Shown here: positions 54,217-64,000 of the stretch, piece by piece
Position numbering within the stretch: the stretch's first letter is position 1
Layout of the letters: the number at the start of each line of letters is the position of its first letter
Notes under the pieces: generated by a model
The model's input: only the letters and a program-made list of their open reading frames with translations
Databases searched by the model: none
What the model was told of the DNA's origin: nothing
DNA from: Camelus ferus
Lineage: Eukaryota
DNA length: 64,000 nt
Reading direction: 5' to 3'
NCBI RefSeq assembly: GCF_009834535.1
Contig: NC_045697.1
Span: forward strand, 67,024,001 to 67,088,000
Position numbers and translations under genes: made by a program

Positions 54217-57200
54217 CAGTTGATCACATGATAATGTTCTCGCTTTGAAAACTTTAGAATGATTTCCTGTTTTGAAAGTAGGAAGTAAATATTCATACTG
54301 AGGATAGTTTATTGGTTCTGGAACACATAATTTAAAAGCTATTGGTGAATAGGGGAAGAAGGATAACTGGGGCCAGGAGAAAAGAGACAATAAAGAAATA
54401 GGCTGATCAATAATAAATAGGATACTAAGAAACACCCCAGAGACTCCATCCCTCCAAGTTCACTTAAGTCTTAACGTACTTTACATTTCAAATCATATCT
54501 CACAGAACAAGTGATAGGATTACACTGCTAAATCCATAAGCATTGATTTTTGTCTCAGTCACAGATGCATGCTGTGCACTATCGGAAAATTTGCTAAAAT
54601 AGGTTTATGCCATACAGTGACTACCACGTAGCAAGCACTATTTCTATAAACTTGCTGAAGTCTTTAATGAGCAATTATCTAAGCTTAGAAAACATAAACA
54701 ACATTAAATTATGCAAAACCCTCTCCAAACAAGCTCACGGATCTTTCCTGTTCCTACCATTTTTCACTGTTGCAGAGGCTTTCCTATTCCCCAAGCAGAG
54801 TATCCTGCTTTCTAAAAAAAAATCACGGCACACATGTGTGAGCTTTCAAAGTGTTTTTAGGGCATATCCCCAGTGGACTCTGGAGAGCTTGCCTTCCGGT
54901 CAGAGAAAGAAGAAGCGCTCAAATGGGCTATTATTTTCACTGATAGGTTGACCCCATTCCTTGTGGAATTTTGGATTTAGTTTCACATGATTTAGTTTCA
55001 CATGGTGGTAGATCAGTGCTCAGCAGCCATCAGAGCAACAACGACTTGGCACTTCTGAGGCGTGATAAGGAAAGTCAGAGAGCACAGGCGTGAGATAAGG
55101 AGGTGACAAGATGGCAGTGCTGCCTCCTGTCCTTGTTAGTTCCATCAACCACTCTTAGGGGAAGGTCCGTAGATGGGGCCAGTAGATGTACCAATGCCGT
55201 GAGGAGTCCCTGAAAGACTTGTGACTTGATGAAAAAAAAAAAAGTATTATTACAGCATTTGTTGTGTTTATCACTCTGCTCCTCCTCCTTTAGGAAGGAT
55301 TTCTGAAACAGTCTCTTTAAAGTTTCTGTTTTGACAGTTCTCTGTGTTCCTTACTCTATTTTTAGGCCCTATGCTGACTTAACACTCTTCAGTGGAAAGC
55401 AGTCATATTTTGTCCCATCTTCTCATGCACCAGTTTTTATTTGAGCAATATTCACATATCTAGTTTCTTTCCAAGTATTTTAAATGTATTTTAAAAATTA
55501 CTTTGATTTTAATAATTAAAATAATATAAAACATTTAAGTTTATTTAAAATAAAATCAAGGTTATCAATTTGTATTTTATGGCTGATTAACTTGGTCAAA
55601 TTTGGATGGAATATAAATAATACATTATAAAGAACATTTAAAATCACTAATATAATTATGATTACAAATTATTGTTTTTCCTGATGTCTAAGACCTTTAT
55701 ACTCCTTACGGAACCATCTTTAAGATGACATCTTACAAGTAGTCATTAAAAAAAAAAACCCTGCAAACTGAATCTCTAGATTTGCTGTGATGCTGTTTTT
55801 CTTACCTTTCTTTCTATGTGTGACAAACAACTCTCTTTTGTGAATATCCTGGAGTAAAACCACACTATTCAGAATTCATTACAATGATCATCTCTAATTT
55901 CTATGATTAAGCATTTAGCTTCAGATTTTGCATGTAGCTAATAGCACTGAGCCCACTTTAATTAATTTAACCTCATTAAAGAAAGGCTTGCTCTCCCGGG
56001 AACCATGTGACAAGTGAAATGTGAAAGTTCATATTTTGTTCAATTTTACCATATCAATTTTAAACCCTCATTGTAATGAATATTTGTTATGCATGTAATT
56101 TATATGGGAGAGGATTTAACTCAGTACACAAGAAAAAACAAGACACTTAGGATTTCAACATCTTTAAATTCTAATGCCTAATATCATCACTGTTTATAAA
56201 TAGACTTTTAATGAGCTCTTTATTTTAGAATCATATTTTTTTAAATTTTACTGCATTATCCTCTAACAAGGAACAACTTGAATTTCTTATAGGCACAGAA
56301 CGAGATGTATGCTTTGCTTCTGAATATGAATACTCATCATTATTGTACATCATAGTGCTTCTATAAGAACCACTTTGAAAAGCTACATCATGGAGCTGGA
56401 TGTGTTGATTATATGTTTCTGTGAAATTATTCATGAAGGTGCTGAATGGCTTGAAGTTCACAACAGATCTGCTGTAAATAGGCCTGTGTGGGTGCCGTGC
56501 TGCTAGAACGAAATGGAAGTGGAAGGAGCTTCTGTTCCTATTCTTATATCTTCTTATTTTATCTTATTTCAAATAAACATGCCTTTCTTAACTTTCCCCA
56601 AAAGAAATAACACATCACCACCACCACCATATATCCCTGTCTGTGAGATAGTAACCTCGAGTAATGTGACCTTTAACAAAAAGTAATTAAATTTTGAAGA
56701 ACATGTATAAAGCTCAGATATTAGAATGTCAAATTGAATTGTACAACTCAATTATTTGATACTTCTAAATTTTGAGTATTTTCCTGTCAATAATGGAGAT
56801 TTGAAAATACTGTGTAAAATACTGCATATACACTTACCACCTACCTAAATGGCAACATCAAGTACCTAGATATTAAAAAACAAACAACACCCCCCCAATC
56901 CTGCTAAAGCATTAAAGGAAACTATAAATTTACAAGACTGTTAAGATACTCAGACAATGGGGTCTTCTCATGCTAGTATGCTATCAGTTTAATAGTGACT
57001 GGCTGTTGACCACAACCCTAGAACATAGGTATGAGCGTCTGTGTTGGGGTAAGTAGGGGCAGCTGGTCAGTAGCAGTGTTACTAGAAGAAAAGATCAAAG
57101 CCCAAACTTTAGGGTTTCTAAAGTATCTACCCACAAGCTCAGGAGCCCGAGACAAGCTGAGTGAGAATATGGTCTCTAGGCTTCCCAGCCAATCCGAAAT

Positions 57201-57284
57201 TTGGCCTATTTCAAAGTCTGGTGTCAGCACTTGGGAAACGTAAAGTCCTTTTCTCCAGGCTCATCTTCTCTGACCTGCAGGTAT

Positions 57285-57560
57285 ATAGGTCCAGGTTTTG
57301 TGGCACCTAAGCTTTAAATATTTGGGAGGACCTATTATGAAGAAGAATGCAAAATCACGTATATACATTGAAGTACAAATTGGATATTTTATTTAAAATA
57401 AGAAAAGAAGTCATAAAAAATTAAAAATCTGAAAAAAAGACAAATGTAGCAATTCAGAAAAGTAACTTCTTTTTCTTTTTAACTAACTGTTTGCATTTGT
57501 TTTGTTACCTGTTCTTTGATGGCCCTTCCATGTCACAAAGGTTTTGCATTTAGTGTTTCA
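57285..57560. mobile_element. hAT-Tip100 (Zaphod/MER115-like) fragment
   Basis: CCAGGTTTTGTGGCACCTAAGCTTTAAATATTTGGGAGGACC...AAGAAGAATGCAAAAT resembles the recalled consensus end. Confidence 0.5.
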
Positions 57561-60269
57561 ATCTGAGTTTGCAGTTCCCTGGGTTATAATTTCAAGCTTA
57601 CAGTCCATTGTCATTTTGGTCTTTGAAACATTTTTCAATGATGCTTTAGCTTCTTTCTTCTAAGAACAGTGCTTGGTTCTACTTTCTTTTAATAATATTT
57701 TTATTTAACCAAAGAAATCTAAATATTATCATTCAAAATGTAGTCCACATCAGAATGAAGAACAAGGTATATTATATCCTTTTCTTCTTTCAGAGTCTTG
57801 AAATACAGTGTTTCTTGATTACAGCACATCTCAACTCAAAAGTTAAATTTGATCGGTTACATTTGATCTGTAGAGAGATTTCACAAGATCTACAAGTGTA
57901 AGAAAAATTTTTTTTCCGTTTAATGTCTCCAAACGTTTTTTTCCTCCTTTGGTTCTACTTTTGATGGCACGAGGGCATTGATCTGGCTAGGATACCTATG
58001 TCAGTGAATCACTAGTCTCAGTTACACTGCCCAGCAGATACAACAATGGGCTTGGGTTCACAGCCACCACTGGCTTGCTCCCTGCCACAGCTTTGCTCTC
58101 TCTCCTGACTCCCCTGTCACAGGTATCTCTAGTCTTTCCTTATAGCAAGTTGGGATACAGAGTGGGGATCTTGAACCTGAAAGTGTTTTGTTTTTTTTTA
58201 AAGCATAAAAGACTGATGATAACTGTGGGGAATGTGAAATAACTGTGTACTTTGCTTAATATGATAAAACATAAAAAGCTCACATTCAAGGAGCTCATCC
58301 AATTTGGGAATTAGAAGCATCTTTATTCCCTTTAAATCTTTTAACACTTTCTGGCCCACTATGTAAGATACACTTTCATATAGAAACATAATGTACATAT
58401 TCTCCAAAGATATCTTTTCTTTGAAGTCATGAACATCATCTTGCTAATTTGATTACTTCCAGTACATGAGAGACAACTCAGAACTATCCTGTGTCATTTT
58501 GTATACCTCAACCTTTGGGGAACAGATAATAACTTAGCTTTTAATTCTACCTATTAATATATGAGCAAACTGGCACTCAAGAGGAATTCATAAGGCCTAG
58601 GTGACCCATCTAATTTGGGTAAGTACATAGTACAAAGTCATGAGGTAGAGTAATCTACCATCTGCTTGTGTCTCCTTTTGGCAATGCGATAAACAGCCTG
58701 GCCATCATTTGATTCTAAATTGATTCTCCTACTTAGCCACTGCTTTATCAATGCCTGACTGAATGTAAAGCTGGAAGTGAGCAACTTCCTCAGGGTGCAC
58801 TGCTTTTGATGGGTTAGCTGTCAAATGCCCCATTGTCCAAATTACACTGGTACTGTAGGTTTCCTGCTAAGCAACAATTTACTGTAGCATCTTGCTATCA
58901 GTCTTGTGAGCTGTGTTAGTTTTGGGGTATCAAAATCTGATTAACTTACTACAGATACACAGTAGTTCCTACTTTTGCTTTCCCCAAATTTCCATTTACT
59001 GTATTGTTAGCAGGATATGGTGACAGAAGCTCTATACAGGAAGCATTCCTAGAATAAACAGTAAACAGTGCTGCCAAAGCTTAATGCAATATCAAAGTGG
59101 AAGATAAGCGTGAAAATACAAATAAAAAAGAGAAGAGGATGAAGAAAAAGAAGCTAAACAGTCAAGCTTTCTCATATTTTTCCTCTTCCAATGAAGGACA
59201 CATAAATTACCTGAGATATACATGTATAGTGTACACACATGTTTACTTTTAGCCAGACATCTTTTCCAAGCTGATAAGCAGCTATAAAGGAATAAGTACT
59301 CCAAATTCTATGTGCACGGATTTTATTTACTATTGTTGTTAAATGCATAAAAATAGCAGAATATTAAATCTCTTGGTGATTTAACGTTTCCTCCTTTTAA
59401 AAACTACTCCTGTAACAGTCATCCTCAACATTTCTGTTTTGGATCTTAAGACTCAATTATCACTTTACTGAGTCAATACAATGACTTAGTGATGAGTCTG
59501 CTTACCCTTTTCTATCTGCTTATTTATATAAACACCAAACCATAGCACACCAAAGAGATTTCTGTGATAAGGAAAACGCCAGGCTGTTTACTCCTTACTC
59601 AATCTGAGGGAGTGGAGTACTAGACTTAATTTAATCTTTGCATTCAGGTCAGGCCTAAACATCAGCTCTAATACTGCATTTGCGATACTACTGACATCCA
59701 TATTTGCTAACTTAATTGAAGCATGAAAACTAGCTTTAATATAAACTTCCCAATTTTTAATAAGCTGAGATACGGACATTCTCATTACACTGGCAAATAA
59801 CTGTACACGTAACCTTTTCATCTTAATTTTCAATAAGACCCACTGGTTTCCTCTTCACTTCAGGATACTCAAATTTGTCTCTTTCAACTTTCATTTTAAA
59901 AAGAGCACTGGATTCTTTCCAAACATTATTCTACTTCAATAAATTCTACACTTTTGTAAACAGCATCGAGTTTACTTAATAAAGTGTCATTTATTAAATT
60001 AGCAGAGTATTGAAAAACTGAATTAATCTAAAAGAAAGTAATAACTAGAACCATATATTTCTAACACAAATATTTTTATTACATATAAATATAGCTAATT
60101 CTATATGTCCCAAGTATAGATGTAACATATATATGTATATGTGGAAAAATACATTTTTTTTCCCAACAGGCTTTATATGAACGCTTGTCAATGGTATGGT
60201 TAAGAAGAGAACCGAATATTTTCCCAACATTAAGCTCACCAATGCCTACTTTCTTAAATCAACTTCAGG

Positions 60270-61165
60270 TGAGAAATATTTATTAAGTAACTATTATGTA
60301 CCAGGCCCTGTGCTTGAGCTATAAATACAGTGTGCTTATGGAAAGTCTCTGTCTTTAAAGAATTCACAGTAAAATGGAGAGAGAGATTGAAAAAATAATT
60401 ACAAATACAGGAATAAACAGAAGTACAAAGCAAAAGGAACGAGTTGTGCCTACAAGGGAAGAGGTCAGAGGAGATTATGTTTTGGCAGAATCTTGAAAGA
60501 CGACCTGGACAGGTCAGCAGGTGGGTGCAGGGCACTCTGTACACTCACCATGGTACAGAAGTGGGCCAAACAGAGCAGTTGTGGAGAAGCACAGGACGTT
60601 TGGCCGAGCTGGAACATGGGCTTCATGTGCATGAGTATGGATAAAACCTGGGGAGTAGATAAGGGTCTGGCAGGTGTAATCAAGAAATATGAACGGCATC
60701 CTGGCAAGAGGTCATTAAAGAATTTTTCAGGGGAGTGACAGGTCCAGATTTCCATTTAAAAATAATTACTCTGGTGGCTGTGCGGAGGAGGAATTGGACA
60801 GGGTAGAAGACAGAAAAGGGGATGAGTAGGCAGAAGCATATTGCAAATCTGGTGAGAGATTATAAAGGTCTGTACCAAAACAGTAGTTTTGGAGAAGATG
60901 ACGGAGAAAATGTAAAGGATACTTAAAGGCCAAATTGAGGTGCTTAGACCTTTGATTGAATATGGGAACTGGAGAAGAGAAATGAAGTTTCTGGCTGGGC
61001 CGACTGGTGCTACCAACAAATTTGACAGAGGATGTAAGAAAAGGACAGAGTTTAAAGAGGGGAGTAGGGTGATGAGTTCCCTCACATTGTATTCATGCCC
61101 CGAGGGAGGTCTGGAGCCCATGTGGAAGTGGCAGTGGGAGATCTCCCAGAGCAAAGTGAGAAGTC
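60270..61165 (-). mobile_element. L2 LINE fragment
   Basis: AAATATTTATTAAG...CTATTATGTACCAGGCCCTGTGCT followed by a purine-rich antisense L2 body (CAGGGGAGTGACAGGTCCAGATTTCCATTTAAAAATAATTACTCTGGTGGC). Confidence 0.85.
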
Positions 61166-64000
61166 TTTAACCACTGGAACAATTCATGGGTCCCTGTTTA
61201 TATTAGGCCTTCTTTCAGTGCTTTGTAAACTCTCAATTAAAGAACGAAAAATTTTTCAGGCACATAAAGACTTCGTTTTATTTCAAACATGCTCTGAAAA
61301 CAAACTGTGCTGTTTGTTTTCTCCACTGTGTAGATGTGTTAAACTGCTCATACTTGTAAAATTGTAGACAACAATTTGCAGGAGGATAGAAGAACATATA
61401 ATGTTGTACTGCTCAATTTCATTTTGTTCTTGTAAAAAATTTATATTTTCATTAAAATTCATTTTTATCATCACTAAACAAGTAAGAACTCAAGCCAAAT
61501 GATTTTCAATGATACTTCATAGAACTATAGAACATAGAGGAATTTTAATAGCACAGTGTATTACTCCAGGGTTCTGAAACTGAGTGTCACAAGTTTCCAC
61601 TGCTGATGGTTTTCTACATGAGATAGAAGAAACAAGAAGTGCTTATAAACTTGCCAGTCTATATATTCTTACAACAAAATGATTCTTTTTGCTGATGGCT
61701 ATCCAAATTTTATCTCCAGTGCCGGCCAGTGGCTGAAGGTCCAGCCCTATAATAACAACTCCAGATTACACATGTTTAAGAAATAAACTACGTTAATCTT
61801 ATTTTTTATTTAATATATTTTTGAGCTCTGATATGCCCAGAATTCTCTTCTTTGCCCATATTTTAGTAACGACCTGAGAAAAATCAGGCTCTATTTAGGA
61901 TGACAATCGTTGCATAACCCCAAACCTAAAAGTTGGTCAAGGAGTGAATCAAGTTTATACAAAGTTGAAACATCAAAAAGCCTCAGTCCTCTTCAAAAGC
62001 CACCTAACATTCTCTCTACATAAAGAGTTACTGTAACTGGTGGTACCCATTCTGAAACTCAGCCTGACTCATTTCTAACCATCCAACATAACTTGCAATG
62101 TCTCTCCCTGTAATTTCTCTAATGTTTCTCCCACCTGTTTCTTAACTCCCCCCTAGCTCACTCTTTCATTATCACAACCAATTTCTAACTTGTTTCTTTG
62201 ACACTACCATTATGCCCAGGTACACTTTCTGCATGTATCGCTGGTCGAGCATTTATGTCTCCATATTTTCTTCAGTCTTACCTCCTTCCTTACTATAGCA
62301 CTCATCTTTTGATGCACTCAAATATTTCTTCTGAGCACACTTAACACAGTGGAATAATTTGGACATGAATGCCTTTGATCATCCCACTGTCTTTACCAGA
62401 GGCCCTCTGTCCTTCTCTGTCTAATGCCTGTTTATTCTTTGGGATGCAGATGGTCTCACATCTCCCTTATAGTGGTATTCTCTTTAACAAAAACCAACAA
62501 ACTCTGCAGGGCTGTGACTTGCTAGTCTGTCTTGGGGACAAGAATGTTGACAGCAGGAGACATCGTGGCCATGTCCTTGCCTTGTTGGGAAGGGCAGATG
62601 CTCGAGCTCTTCTCAGTTCTCACCAAAATGGTCCTTACCTTGTGCTCCTCTTATACTTAGTTTAATGTGTAAAGTACTTTTTTTCTCTCCATAAGGATCT
62701 CCTTGTGGATCTTAGTGGACATTCATATGGATTATAATGAAGAATTAGAAACCTACATAAGATGTCAGCAAAATACAAGGCATATTATCAAGGCTTGGAC
62801 ATTCATGATAGTGTGTAAACACTGGTCCTCTAGATACAGTTATTTCTCTTTCACTCCTCACATAAATGTCAGATTTAAAGAATATTAATTCAAATATGGG
62901 AGAAAAATATGTATTCTAACTCACAAAGAAATAATATTTTTTAAAAAATGTTCATGTTTCATAGGACATGGTGCCCTATTTGTTTGAATTAAGTATCTTT
63001 AAGAATAAACAGCCATACTTCAAATTAAATATCCTGACATTTCTAATTCTGTGCCACTTTCTGACTTAGTTCCACTCTTAAAATGGAAGAAAAAAGTATT
63101 CTAAAACTTCATCCACATGCAAAGCTAACAACTCAGTATTAATGGTTTAAAAAATAATGCCAAATATATTCTAAAATCCTGTGTTTCCGCTTTTGCTGAC
63201 CTGACTATGAACTTTTATAACTAACTCTGTCAAAGAGCAAAGTAAGATTTTTTTTTTGCCTGTGATAATGCATCTTCAACATCAGTTCAGTGTAGGTTTT
63301 TGCTTTAGCTGACAAAGACCCCCTCCTTCCTAAAATGTTTTTACTAGTAATAACTTGATTATATCAAGGATTCTGCTGTTCAGTGGAAACTGCCTAAATG
63401 ATTGACTGCTCCCCAAAAGTATGGGAATGATTTCCAAGCTATGTTTTCATGGCAGTTATGTGGATAAGCAAAGCCCATAAGAATTCTGTTCAAGAGACGG
63501 ATGATTCTGTGTTTGTTCCAGAAGGATATTTTTCATATTCAGTGAGTAAGCACATTTGTTTTAAACACTGAAAACTACCTACCAGGGATGATCTATTTTT
63601 ATGCAAACACTATAAACATTACACATGCCACATTAATAATAATAATACAGAAAAGAGTTCTGAGAAATACGAGCTGAGGCACATGAAGGATGATGTAAAT
63701 TAAAACACAACCACCACCAACAACAATAATAGGACAGCAAAAAAGTACAGTAATTTGCCAATCTGGCACTACATAACACTAGCAAGTGTACCTCATAATG
63801 TTTATCTTTGCTATAATTTTCAGAACATAAAACCATACCTTGATTAAAAGTCTGATCTATTATTCATAGAATCATTTTCGAGAGTTTGTTTATAAAGTCT
63901 TGTTTCAAAACAAATGCAAACTCGTCATCTTGGAACAGGTAGGAAAAGCAAAAATTTCACAGTGATACTAATAAACAATTCCTTTTGCTTCTGGGGAGAA

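Noticed and set aside
60254..61367. Cluster of overlapping ORFs on both strands
   Set aside because: They lie largely within a purine-rich L2 remnant and show no homology or splice structure.

Overview
This is AT-rich mammalian genomic DNA, very probably from a camelid, because it carries a vic-1-type tRNA-derived SINE and I saw no Alu, BovA/BovB or PRE1. The window appears to lie entirely inside the netrin receptor gene UNC5C on the minus strand. Only one coding exon is present: exon 2 at 15245-15466 (222 nt, canonical AG/GT, phase 1-1). Intron 2 lies to its left and intron 1 to its right. Intron 1 holds a processed NDUFAB1 (mitochondrial acyl carrier protein) retrocopy at about 53577-54216 on the + strand, with a dead targeting-peptide region but an open ACP domain. 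The rest is ordinary intron: L1, L2, MIR, MaLR/ERVL/ERV1 LTRs, hAT and Tc1/mariner MITEs, microsatellites, and several small duplications and hairpins. Repeat family names come from recalled consensus sequences, not from a database search, and most boundaries are approximate. I found no convincing previously undescribed biological system. The best leads are the retrocopy, an inverted MLT2 arrangement, an old local duplication, and a few candidate regulatory motifs.
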